Shown here: positions 8,111 through 16,961 of the stretch, piece after piece | How positions within the stretch are numbered: the stretch's first letter is position 1 | Layout of the letters: each line of letters opens with the position of its first letter | NCBI GenBank assembly: GCA_017476265.1 | Contig: JAFVAC010000045.1 | Span: 1-61,178 of the forward strand | Source: Clostridia bacterium | GTDB lineage: Bacteria; Bacillota; Clostridia; Christensenellales; DTU072 | Direction: 5' to 3' | DNA: 61,178 nucleotides | Notes under the pieces: generated by a model | What the model was told of the DNA's origin: nothing | Seen by the model: only the letters and a program-made list of their open reading frames with translations | The model's database searches: none | Translations under genes and position numbers: made by a program

Positions 8111-9968
8111 TTTTGAATCTTTCGTTATGAGTATTCGTAAGCTGTTAAAAATTTGGGACATTGCCAAGATCCCGCTTGCGGCGGTGTTGACGGTGATCGC
8201 GTGGGTGGCGCCGATCGGGAAGATCGCGTCGCTCGTATTGTTCGTTACGGCGTTCGTCGTGATCGGATACGAATATGCGATCAAAGCGTTCAAGACGGTG
8301 ATACGGGGCAGGATATTCGATGAAAATCTTTTGATGTTGATCGCGGCGGTGGCGGCTTTTGTCCTCGGCGAATACCCGGAAGGGATCGCGGTGCTGATCC
8401 TCGGGTCGGTGGGAGAACTCTTCGAGGACTACGCGGTGAACCGTTCGAGAAAGAACGTGCAGACCCTTCTGTCCGTCCGTCCTGAAGTCGCGCACGTCAA
8501 GCGCGGAGAGGAATACGAGACGGTGGACCCGTCCGAAGTCGTCGTGGGCGACGTCCTTTTGGTCAAGGCGGGGGAGCGAGTGCCGGTGGACGGCGTGGTC
8601 GTCAAGGGCAAGACGCATCTGGACACTTCCGCTCTGACGGGAGAGAGCGTCCCGCGCGGGATATCCGAAGGACAAGAGGTCCTCTCCGGGTGTATCGTAC
8701 TGGACGGCGTGATCGAGATACGCGCCGAAAAAGCGGCGGGAGAGTCCGCTATCGCCAAGATCGTGGAGATGGTCAGCGAGGCGCTGGGAAAGAAGGCGAA
8801 GACGGAGAGTTTTATCGCCAAATTCGCCGCGGTCTACACCCCGACGGTGGTAGGACTGGCGGTCGTGGTCGCCGTCGTGGGCGGGCTGGTCACAGGCGCG
8901 TGGACGGACTGGATCTACCGCGCGGTCAACTTCCTCGTCGTGTCCTGTCCCTGCGCTCTGGTCATCAGCGTACCGCTTGCCTTTTTCAACAACGTGGGAC
9001 TGGCGGGCAAGCGCGGGATACTTATAAAAGGTAGCGGATATATTGAAAAACTGGCTAAGATGAACGTCCTTTTCGCCGACAAGACGGGGACGATCACCGA
9101 GGGGCGGTTTGTTTTGACAAAGACCATCGCAAAAGACGAAGAGCAAGCGCTTTCCTTGGCGCGCGCGCTGGAAAAAAACAGCAATCACCCCGTGGCGAAA
9201 GCCATCGTCGAAAGCGGCGAAAGCGACCTCGCGTTCGACAAGGTGGAAGAGATCGCCGGATATGGTATAATGGGCGAAATGGGTGACAAAAAATACTATA
9301 TCGGGAACCGAAAACTGTTAGAAAAACTCAACATAGCCGTCTCTCCGTACGAGGGGAGCGGGACGGCGACGTACCTGACCGACGGGGAGACCTTATTAGC
9401 CACCTTCGTCGTAAAAGACGGCGTCAAGGCGACGTCTAAAGAGGCGGTGGAGAGGCTGTCGAAGCGGGGGGTCAAAGTCCGTATGCTGTCCGGGGACGGC
9501 AGACAAGCCGTGGAGGAGACGGCAAGAGAGGTCGGCATAGAAGAATTCGGGTACGAACTGTTGCCGCAGGACAAACTGGCGACTCTGCGTCAAGAAAAGA
9601 GCGACAAGAAGTCGGTGGTGGGATTCGTCGGAGACGGCATCAACGACGCGCCGGCTTTGGCGAGTGCGGACGTCGGGATCGCTATGGGCTCGGCGGGGAC
9701 GGACGTCGCTATAGAGACCGCCGACGTGGTCGTGATGAAGGACGACCTCAACAAGATCGACGAAGCGGTCAGAATATCCCGCTTCAATATGCGCCTGGTG
9801 TGGGAGAACATCGTCTTTTCTTTAGGCGTCAAGGTCGCGGTGCTGGTCCTGTCCGTGATCGGGCTCGGGAGCGTGTGGCTGGCGATCTTCGGCGACGTTG
9901 GGGTCTCTGTCATAGCCATCCTGAACGCGATGCGACGCCCCGGACTCCGCGAGGGCAAAAGAGGCTGA
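8094..9968 (+). CDS. P1B-type heavy-metal translocating ATPase (Cd/Zn/Co-like)
   Basis: Motifs CPC (SCPCALVIS), DKTGTIT, GDGINDAPAL and TGES. The start is ambiguous: GTG at 8094 or ATG at 8127. Confidence 0.9.
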   Translation: MLSARVFESFVMSIRKLLKIWDIAKIPLAAVLTVIAWVAPIGKIASLVLFVTAFVVIGYEYAIKAFKTVIRGRIFDENLLMLIAAVAAFVLGEYPEGIAVLILGSVGELFEDYAVNRSRKNVQTLLSVRPEVAHVKRGEEYETVDPSEVVVGDVLLVKAGERVPVDGVVVKGKTHLDTSALTGESVPRGISEGQEVLSGCIVLDGVIEIRAEKAAGESAIAKIVEMVSEALGKKAKTESFIAKFAAVYTPTVVGLAVVVAVVGGLVTGAWTDWIYRAVNFLVVSCPCALVISVPLAFFNNVGLAGKRGILIKGSGYIEKLAKMNVLFADKTGTITEGRFVLTKTIAKDEEQALSLARALEKNSNHPVAKAIVESGESDLAFDKVEEIAGYGIMGEMGDKKYYIGNRKLLEKLNIAVSPYEGSGTATYLTDGETLLATFVVKDGVKATSKEAVERLSKRGVKVRMLSGDGRQAVEETAREVGIEEFGYELLPQDKLATLRQEKSDKKSVVGFVGDGINDAPALASADVGIAMGSAGTDVAIETADVVVMKDDLNKIDEAVRISRFNMRLVWENIVFSLGVKVAVLVLSVIGLGSVWLAIFGDVGVSVIAILNAMRRPGLREGKRG

Positions 9969-10006
9969 GCGCGCGCGTTGTTGATAAAAAAAGACATTAT
10001 TTTATG

Positions 10007-10038
10007 AAATACCCCTTGACGGCGCGAGGGGTATTTTG
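10007..10038 (+). terminator. Rho-independent terminator after the ATPase gene
   Basis: AAATACCCCT-loop-AGGGGTATTTT. Confidence 0.7.
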
Positions 10039-10084
10039 ATAACATAGTGATATATCGGCAGTTTGCTTTCCGGAGGGAGGAATC

Positions 10085-11350
10085 ATGGCAAAAAAGAAGA
10101 ACGTACAACACACTGTCATTAAAGGCAACGTGGAGATGAAAGGGGCTCCGGCGAGCAAAGCGTTCGCGTATTCCTCTTTCGGATGGGTCAGGGCGAAAGG
10201 TCCGGCACCCGAAGGGACGAAGATCAAGACAAAAGAACAGGTGATCGCCCTAAAACGTCGCGCGCAGTACGGACAGGACCCTCAGATCCGCGCTTACGAA
10301 AACGAATATCTGCAACGGGACAAGAAGAGATATCGCCAGCTGCCGATCCTGGGCATCTTGTGCTTCTTGTTGATGCTCGTATTTTTGGCGGTAGCCGGGG
10401 TGGAATTGTACTACGGCATCAGCCAAGGGCTGGATCGCGTCAAGTATGAAAACACCTATAACTTTTATGATGAAAACGGGGAAAAGCTCGAATATCCTCT
10501 GTTTGAACTGACCAAAGACGCCTGGGCGTATCGCACGTCCGGCGCCGAGACGCCCGAGATGAGCGGGACGATCAAAAACGCCGTCACGACTCTCGAGTTT
10601 TATAATGCGACCGAGTCGGAGGATGAGGAAGCCGAACTTATTTTCATCGTGTATATGAACCGCGGCACGCTCAAGATTTTGGACGCTCCGAGCAACGCGA
10701 TGAAGGGGCAAGTCTACTTCTCCGAAAAGAGCCGTCCGGGAGACAAGTTCTCGATCGCCAAGGTGGAAGAAGAACAACCCGCTTCCGCTCCGAGTAACGC
10801 CGACGAAGAAGTTGACGAGGACGAAGAGGGTGAAGAGACGGCGGAAGCCTCCGGCGGATTTTTGGACAAGATCGTCGGGATCCTCGACAAGGTCCACGAC
10901 GACTATATCGTCAAAGTGACCGGCATCTTCGACGGCAAGGTGACGGAGACGACCGTGGACGAAGAGGGCGAAGTCGTACCCGCAAAGGGCGGAGACGGAT
11001 TCCTCAGCAATCTCGCCACGAGCATGGGCGCCCCGATCGGGTGCTTCATCTCCGGGGACACCGTGGTCGCGTTGATCGCATTGATCCTGTTCGTGATCGT
11101 GACGTGCTTCTTTGCGGCGATCGCCAAAAAGAAGTCCAAGCGCAGACAAAACGAGGCGCGCAAAGCCGAACTTCAGAACGCCGCCAGACAGCGTCTGGAA
11201 GAGATGCGCCGCAGCAACCCCGCTCTTATGAACAAGATGGAGCGCAAGGCGTATATGTGGGAAAACATCCTGACCAACGCCCTCAGGAACGCCGGCGTCG
11301 GCGGGAGCGGACCGGTCTCGGATGACGAAGAAGAATTCGACTTCGATTGA
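10085..11350 (+). CDS. Hypothetical membrane protein (421 aa, two hydrophobic helices, acidic central region)
   Basis: GGAGGGAGG RBS. TM-like LPILGILCFLLMLVFLAVAGV and VVALIALILFVIVTCFFAAIA. I recognise no family. Confidence 0.7.
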   Translation: MAKKKNVQHTVIKGNVEMKGAPASKAFAYSSFGWVRAKGPAPEGTKIKTKEQVIALKRRAQYGQDPQIRAYENEYLQRDKKRYRQLPILGILCFLLMLVFLAVAGVELYYGISQGLDRVKYENTYNFYDENGEKLEYPLFELTKDAWAYRTSGAETPEMSGTIKNAVTTLEFYNATESEDEEAELIFIVYMNRGTLKILDAPSNAMKGQVYFSEKSRPGDKFSIAKVEEEQPASAPSNADEEVDEDEEGEETAEASGGFLDKIVGILDKVHDDYIVKVTGIFDGKVTETTVDEEGEVVPAKGGDGFLSNLATSMGAPIGCFISGDTVVALIALILFVIVTCFFAAIAKKKSKRRQNEARKAELQNAARQRLEEMRRSNPALMNKMERKAYMWENILTNALRNAGVGGSGPVSDDEEEFDFD

Positions 11351-11371
11351 TAGACGGATATTTCGGATAGA

Positions 11372-11406
11372 GAAACGCCTTCGGCAAAACGCCGAAAGCG
11401 TTTTTA
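11372..11406. terminator. Bidirectional terminator between convergent genes
   Basis: AAACGCCTTCGGC-aaaac-GCCGAAAGCGTTTTT. Confidence 0.7.
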
Positions 11407-11426
11407 CGTTGTAAAATTACGTCGGG

Positions 11427-12164
11427 CTATTTGAGAGGGAAGCGCCTTTGCTCTCCGAGCAGCATATCCTCTACGAGGGTCAGCGTGCGGTACCACTCGC
11501 GGAAGACCAAACACTCTTTCGGGGTGTGTTCGTGATAGTAGCCGATACTCAGATTCACGCCGCATACTTCGGTACACAATGCGACGATATCGGTACGAGA
11601 GGACTTATCCGGCTCGGAAAAGTTCGTTTTTTCCTCAATAAAGCGTTTGAATTCTTTGGGCACGGGGAGTTCGTAGACCTTATAGTCGGACTTTCCGCGG
11701 CGGTCGAGTTGGACCATATACGCGTGCGCGTTGAGTTCTTTATGGAGACTTGGGTAGGCGCTCTTTATGTAGTTGGCGCCGATTTGTCCGTGTTCTTCTC
11801 CGTCGAGGACCAAAAGGGAGTGCCCGGAGTCTTTCAAGAGCCACAGCATAGCGCACCCGGCGCGGTCGTCGGCTCCTATCCCGTAGCCCTTTTCGACGGC
11901 GGAATATACGCCGTCACTATATCGGACGGTCTGCGGAAGGTCGGGCTGATCGAGGTAGTATTCGTCCCAGACCGTATCGGCGTGGGCGACCAAAAGGACG
12001 CGGTCGTCACGCGCGCCCGGGACATAGACGAAGTTCCGTTTTTCCCCGCCGAAGCGAGCGATCGCTCCGTGGAGTGAGGCAAACCGATCCAAAATAGCCC
12101 TCGAGTCCGTCAAGGGATAGGACAGGAACTCTTCCAAGACCGCTTGCGCTGTACTTTCGTTCAT
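11427..12164 (-). CDS. Putative Zn-dependent peptidase-like hydrolase (M20/M28/M42-like motifs)
   Basis: LLVAHADTV, GADDRAGCAML and LDGEEHGQIGA resemble metallopeptidase ligand motifs. 245 aa. The function is tentative. Confidence 0.6.
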   Translation of the reverse strand: MNESTAQAVLEEFLSYPLTDSRAILDRFASLHGAIARFGGEKRNFVYVPGARDDRVLLVAHADTVWDEYYLDQPDLPQTVRYSDGVYSAVEKGYGIGADDRAGCAMLWLLKDSGHSLLVLDGEEHGQIGANYIKSAYPSLHKELNAHAYMVQLDRRGKSDYKVYELPVPKEFKRFIEEKTNFSEPDKSSRTDIVALCTEVCGVNLSIGYYHEHTPKECLVFREWYRTLTLVEDMLLGEQRRFPLK

Positions 12165-12285
12165 GATCTTTCCTCCGTATCCCTTTTATCTTAGTACCGT
12201 TTTTTGTTCCTGTCAATCCTCCCGCGACCCGGTCCGTCGGTCCCACCCGCCCACCCGAAGGGCGTATCGTCCCGCAAAAAACAAG

Positions 12286-12600
12286 TCATCTATGACTCAA
12301 TAGGTCGATCAAATCGTTGACGACCGATTTTTCTTTTTCGGTCAGTTTTTCGTATTTCAAGAGAAGATCCAGATCTTTCGGCGCGATGGTATGATCGGTC
12401 TCTTCGTAAAACAGGTCCGCCAAAGACATATTATATGCCTCGCAGATCGCTCGTAGCGTAGAGAGTTTCGGCTCGCTGCCGGAAGCGAACATATTGGCGA
12501 CGGTGCTCTGTGTGAGCATTGCTTCGGAAGCAAGACGATTGACCGACCAGCCCCGATCCCGACGTATTTTGTCTATCTTTTTTACGACGTCCATAAACAA
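12286..12600 (-). CDS. XRE-family helix-turn-helix transcriptional regulator
   Basis: WSVNRLASEAMLTQSTVANMFASGSEPKLSTLRAICEAYNMSLADLF is a classic HTH_3 pattern. Confidence 0.8.
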   Translation of the reverse strand: MFMDVVKKIDKIRRDRGWSVNRLASEAMLTQSTVANMFASGSEPKLSTLRAICEAYNMSLADLFYEETDHTIAPKDLDLLLKYEKLTEKEKSVVNDLIDLLSHR

Positions 12601-12634
12601 GCATCCTCGTAATTATTGTATAACAGCACGCCGA

Positions 12635-12684
12635 TAACGTTATAACGGTCTATTGTTGACAAAATAACGGTGCAATGGTACAAT
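12635..12684 (+). promoter_or_regulatory. Consensus promoter with ATAACG repeats (candidate XRE operators) upstream of the collagen-like/LRR gene
   Basis: TTGACA 12656-12661, 17 nt, TACAAT 12679-12684. The palindrome ATAACGTTAT plus ATAACGG lie at about 12635-12650, with another ATAACGG at 12664-12670. Confidence 0.6.
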
Positions 12685-12713
12685 TAGCATATATTCTATT
12701 ATGCGAGGTAAAC

Positions 12714-15086
12714 ATGAAAAAATCCGTCGTGAAGATGATCGTCGCTATCATTATGTGCTTCGTGGCGTTTTCTTTGACCGCTTGCGGCAATCAGGAGACC
12801 ACTTATGACGATGATATATATTCCGTCTATCGGTTATATTTGGCGAATGGCGGAGAACTCTCTTACGAAATGTGGCTCGCCACCATCAAGGGCGAGAAAG
12901 GCGACAAGGGAGAAAAGGGCGACCCCGGAGAGCAGGGTATACAGGGCGAGAAAGGCGACAAGGGAGATAAGGGAGATAAGGGAGACCAAGGAGAGCAGGG
13001 GCTCCAAGGTGAAAAAGGCGACAAAGGCGACCCCGGAGAACAGGGGATCCAGGGTGAAAAAGGAGACAAGGGCGACCCCGGAGAACAGGGGATCCAGGGT
13101 GAAAAAGGAGACAAGGGCGACCAAGGAGAGCCGGGCATTCAAGGCGAAAAAGGAGGAAAGGGCGACCAAGGTATACAGGGAGAAAAAGGAGATACGGGAG
13201 ATCCCGGCGTCGCGGGCAGGGGAATAAAAAAGTTATATATTGACAATGAAGGTTTTCTCGTAGTGGTTTATACCGATGATGAGGAAGAGAAACTTGAGCG
13301 ATTAAAAGAAAAGCATGCGCACGACATAACTGAAGAGATTATTATCGTGGAAGCCCCATCTTGTACGAAAACGGGAATAAACTATCTCATTTGTAAAACA
13401 TGTGGAGAGCTGTTAAAAACGATTATTACCGAAAAAATTCCGCACGATTTCGAAGACGTTGTGACGCTTCCCGGATGCACGGAAGAAGGGTATACCAGTC
13501 ATATTTGTAAAGATTGCGGCTATACGGAAGTTGATGCTTTTGTTCCGGCGACAGGACACAGTTATGCCGACAGCTATATGTTTGACGATATAAACCATTG
13601 GCTCGCGGTTATTTGCGGACATCAATATGCCGCGATAAAAGAGGGACATACCCTTGTTGACGGAAAATGTTCCGTTTGCGGGTATGACTCTTCGGCGACT
13701 CTTGCTTTACAGTATAGCAAAATAGACGGCAAGGAAGCATATGCCGTAACGGGAATAACGGATGACGCCGTTACGTCCGTCGTTATTCCGGATAGCTATA
13801 ACGATTTACCCGTGACAGTAATCGGCTCCGGCGCTTTTTTGAACAATAATAATTTACAAACGATTGTTTTGCCGGAAACAATTACTACAATCGAGGAGCT
13901 TGCGTTTTATGGTTGCAATAATTTAGTAAACGTCAACATTCCCGAAAGCACGACGGAAATTGCGACAAATGCTTTTGAGAAGTGCGAAAAATTGACAAGC
14001 GTCTATTATAGCGGCAGTGTTGAGGCTTGGTGCGGAATAGAGTTCGGCGGTTATGGCGCTAACCCGTTGCATTATGCGCATAATCTTTATATTGACGGAG
14101 CATTGGCTTCGGAAATTGAAATCCCCGATACAATAACGGAAATAAAAGCATATGCTTTTTATGGATGGAACGGGACAAAGATAACCCTTCCTGCGACGGT
14201 GACGTACATCGGAGCGTACGCTTTTTGTAGCTGTAATTATTTGAACGGCGTCTATTATTCGGGCGACGTTGAGGGGTGGTTCAGAATAACGAGTTACGAC
14301 GATCGGTGGTCACATCCGTTATATTACGCCCACAATCTTTACATTGACGAAACTTTGGTAACGGAGATTGAGATCCCCGATACAATAATGGAGATAAAAG
14401 CAAATGCCCTCACGGGATGGCATGGGACAACCATAACGATTCCCAATAGCGTGACGAGCATAGGAAGATGGGCATTCGGAGGTTGTACTGCGGCTATAGT
14501 ATGGGCAGAGGATGCGGTTATTACGGAAATAGGGGAAAGAGCCTTTGAGGAGTACAGAGGGACAAGCATCATTGTTCCGGATAGCGTGATAAGCATAGGT
14601 GGGTTTGCCTTCGCCCGGAGCGTCAATTTAACGGAAGTCACCCTGGGGAAAGGGATAACGTCTATCGGCTCCGCAGCGTTTTCCGGTTGTGAGTCTCTCG
14701 AACGCGTTTATTATCACGGGGACGTAACTTCTTGGTGTAATATATCGTTCAGAAAAGAATATGGAGGAGGTGCTAATCCTTTAGCGTATGCGCATAATCT
14801 ATATATAGATAACGAGTTGGTGACGGAAATAGTCATACCCGATACGATTACGACGTTGGACCCCTCTTGTTTTGATGGATGGAGTGGGAATAAAATGACG
14901 ATTCCCAATAGCATAACGAAGATAGGTGTGTTTTTCGGGTGCAATAATTTATCTACTTTTATTTATCAGGGAACAAAAGAGCAATGGTCGGCTATAGAAA
15001 AATATACGAATTACACACGGTGGGATGAATATTTGGGATCTTATACTCTAAGATGCACAGATGGAATCATTGTTAGGGAGAAATAG
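12714..15086 (+). CDS. Surface lipoprotein with a collagen-like G-X-Y region, a Cys-rich segment and BspA-type leucine-rich repeats
   Basis: MKKSVVKMIVAIIMCFVAFSLTAC lipobox. About 36 G-X-Y triplets. Repeated IPDS/NSVTSIGxxAFxxC...L LRR_5-like units. GAGGT RBS. The track start at 12675 overlaps the -10 box, so I reject it. Confidence 0.85.
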   Translation: MKKSVVKMIVAIIMCFVAFSLTACGNQETTYDDDIYSVYRLYLANGGELSYEMWLATIKGEKGDKGEKGDPGEQGIQGEKGDKGDKGDKGDQGEQGLQGEKGDKGDPGEQGIQGEKGDKGDPGEQGIQGEKGDKGDQGEPGIQGEKGGKGDQGIQGEKGDTGDPGVAGRGIKKLYIDNEGFLVVVYTDDEEEKLERLKEKHAHDITEEIIIVEAPSCTKTGINYLICKTCGELLKTIITEKIPHDFEDVVTLPGCTEEGYTSHICKDCGYTEVDAFVPATGHSYADSYMFDDINHWLAVICGHQYAAIKEGHTLVDGKCSVCGYDSSATLALQYSKIDGKEAYAVTGITDDAVTSVVIPDSYNDLPVTVIGSGAFLNNNNLQTIVLPETITTIEELAFYGCNNLVNVNIPESTTEIATNAFEKCEKLTSVYYSGSVEAWCGIEFGGYGANPLHYAHNLYIDGALASEIEIPDTITEIKAYAFYGWNGTKITLPATVTYIGAYAFCSCNYLNGVYYSGDVEGWFRITSYDDRWSHPLYYAHNLYIDETLVTEIEIPDTIMEIKANALTGWHGTTITIPNSVTSIGRWAFGGCTAAIVWAEDAVITEIGERAFEEYRGTSIIVPDSVISIGGFAFARSVNLTEVTLGKGITSIGSAAFSGCESLERVYYHGDVTSWCNISFRKEYGGGANPLAYAHNLYIDNELVTEIVIPDTITTLDPSCFDGWSGNKMTIPNSITKIGVFFGCNNLSTFIYQGTKEQWSAIEKYTNYTRWDEYLGSYTLRCTDGIIVREK
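12891..13221 (+). repeat. Collagen-like (GEKGDKGDPGEQGIQ)n coding repeat
   Basis: Uninterrupted Gly-X-Y triplets. A 45-bp unit, GGTGAAAAAGGAGACAAGGGCGACCCCGGAGAACAGGGGATCCAG, is nearly perfectly duplicated at about 13009-13130. Confidence 0.9.
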
Positions 15087-15090
15087 CCTT

Positions 15091-15582
15091 ATGCAATATA
15101 TTTTACCTGAATTGCGAGATAGTATAGAAAAAGGACTGCCCGATTATATCGTCAGCAAGGATATAATGAATGCCGGCGGGCGGGAAAAGAACAATCATTT
15201 TCAAATTCGCAAAAGTGAGGAATGGGGAACGGGACGGTATGACTTTCACTATGAGATACAACAGAACAAAAAGGATCCTAATGTCTTTTATATTCGGATA
15301 GATTGTCATTTTAATCCCTACGAACCGCATAAAAACAGGGCGGAGTATATAGAGCGATACGGCGAGGCGGACGTATGGGATAGACTGGACAAAATGAGGG
15401 AGATCGGCGATATGGTTGACGAAACGGTCGGTCGGGTCCTGCGCCGCCAATGGAGATACAATTCTCTTTGGGCGGCAAAATGGGACCTGTCCATATACAA
15501 AGGGATGGAACAGGTTGAAAAGAAGGTCCTCGCCATTATCCGGGACACGACGACATTGATCGACAGAGTCAATAAGGACTGA
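15091..15582 (+). CDS. Hypothetical protein (163 aa)
   Basis: ORF with start MQYILPEL just after the upstream stop. Low-GC composition like the preceding gene. I recognise no family. Confidence 0.55.
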   Translation: MQYILPELRDSIEKGLPDYIVSKDIMNAGGREKNNHFQIRKSEEWGTGRYDFHYEIQQNKKDPNVFYIRIDCHFNPYEPHKNRAEYIERYGEADVWDRLDKMREIGDMVDETVGRVLRRQWRYNSLWAAKWDLSIYKGMEQVEKKVLAIIRDTTTLIDRVNKD

Positions 15583-15610
15583 TCTTCCGGTCATTTTCAA
15601 AGTTATAGAT

Positions 15611-15646
15611 ACGACGCTTCGATATTACTTCGGGGCGTCGTTTTCG
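15611..15646 (+). terminator. Rho-independent terminator
   Basis: ACGACGC-loop-GCGTCGTTTT. Confidence 0.6.
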
Positions 15647-15900
15647 GATGGCGAAAAGCGTGGGATCTTCGTCGGGCGTTTGCCCTTATCGGTTGCCGTT
15701 TGCCCTTATTTTACCGAGTTTTAGGGGGTAAATATAGACGTGACGACGACCGGGAGGAGGGGAAAACTTGCGCGGAGAATTGTTGTGGGGAGTGGATACG
15801 GTCGCTTTTCGCCCTCTTAGCAAATTAAAGTTTACAATAAGGCGATTTTATGTTAGAATGAGTAAGAGTATCCGTTTGAATGTTTTAGGAGGGTTTGGAT

Positions 15901-16776
15901 ATGGCAAAGAAGGTCAGCAGAGGTATTACGGCGCTCCTCGCCAACGTGGAGGACGTTCGAGAGGAAAAGACCGGCGACGAGGTCGTCGTCAAGTTGCCGA
16001 TAGAGAGGCTTAAACCCAACCCCAATCAGCCGCGAAAGACTTTCGACCCGGAGACCATACGGGAGCTGGCGGCGTCCATCAAAGAGAACGGCGTGATCCA
16101 ACCTTTGGTCGTCAAAAAGGACGGCGAGGACTATATGATCATCGCGGGAGAGAGACGGTACCGTGCGTCCAAAGAGGCGGGGCTATCCGTGGTCCCCGCC
16201 ATCGTGCGCGAGATGTCGGAGCAGAAGATCCGCGAGGTCAGCCTGATCGAGAACTTGCAAAGAGAGGATCTCAACGCCATCGAAGAAGCGGAGGCGATCG
16301 CCGAACTTATCGACAGCTACAACGTCACGCAAGAGGAACTTTCGGGCAAGATCGGGAAGTCCCGCTCCGCGATCAGCAACTCCGTGCGCCTACTGAATCT
16401 CCCCGCTCAAGTGAAGGAGATGTTGAAGTCCGGGGCTCTTTCCGCCGGTCACGGAAGAGCGCTCCTATCTATAGACGACGCGGACGTCATCATCGAGGTC
16501 GCAAAAAAAGCCGCCGCCTAGGGATGGAGCGTGCGCGAGATCGAAAAAGAGGTCAAGTATATCCTGAAGCCGGAGAGCCGTCCGACCAAGTTGACCGAGA
16601 CGGTCAAAAAGAAGATGTCCCTCGAGATGCGGCACTTTGTAGACGATATGACCGAAGTCTTCGCCACCAAAGTCCGCTTGATGGGCAACGAACAAAAGGG
16701 TCGCATCACCATCGACTATTTCACCAACGACGACCTGCAACGCATCTATGAGATTATCGAGACGTTGAAAAAGTAG
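15901..16776 (+). CDS. parB: ParB/Spo0J partition protein, interrupted by an in-frame TAG at 16519-16521
   Basis: The ParB box is IQPLVV...IIAGERRYRA, with an HTH at TQEELSGKIGKSRSAISNSVRLL. Track ORFs 15895..16521 and 16531..16776 share one frame. The junction reads KKAAA[TAG]GWSVREIEKEV. AGGAGG RBS precedes ATG 15901. Confidence 0.85.
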
Positions 16777-16804
16777 CGCGCAATATACTCCCCAACGTAT
16801 AAAG

Positions 16805-16834
16805 GACGCATCGCTTTTTCCGCGGTGCGTTTTA
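16805..16834 (+). terminator. Candidate terminator after parB
   Basis: ACGCATCGC-tttttcc-GCGGTGCGTTTT. Confidence 0.55.
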
Positions 16835-16961
16835 CTGTTGAGACAGACGTTGACTCAGCGCAAACGGGAAGAGAAAGTTTTTATGGTTTTGACTATTTTG
16901 AGCAAATAATTTGACGAAGAATCGGGTTGATTGATATAATATTGATTCGATTGAGGGTATT

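Noticed and set aside
12675-12713. An upstream ATG at 12675 as the start of the collagen-like/LRR gene. The track starts at 24625 for luxS, 25506 for the XRE gene and 22006 for the flavodiiron gene were considered in the same way.
   Set aside because: These starts overlap promoter -10 boxes or upstream genes and lack an RBS. The internal starts have SD sequences and give canonical N-termini.
15600-15900. A parS site or origin-like features upstream of parB, including the direct repeat CGTTTGCCCTTAT at 15677-15689 and 15697-15709.
   Set aside because: I found no match to the TGTTTCACGTGAAACA parS consensus by eye. The 13-bp direct repeat is noted, but on its own it is too weak to call a function.
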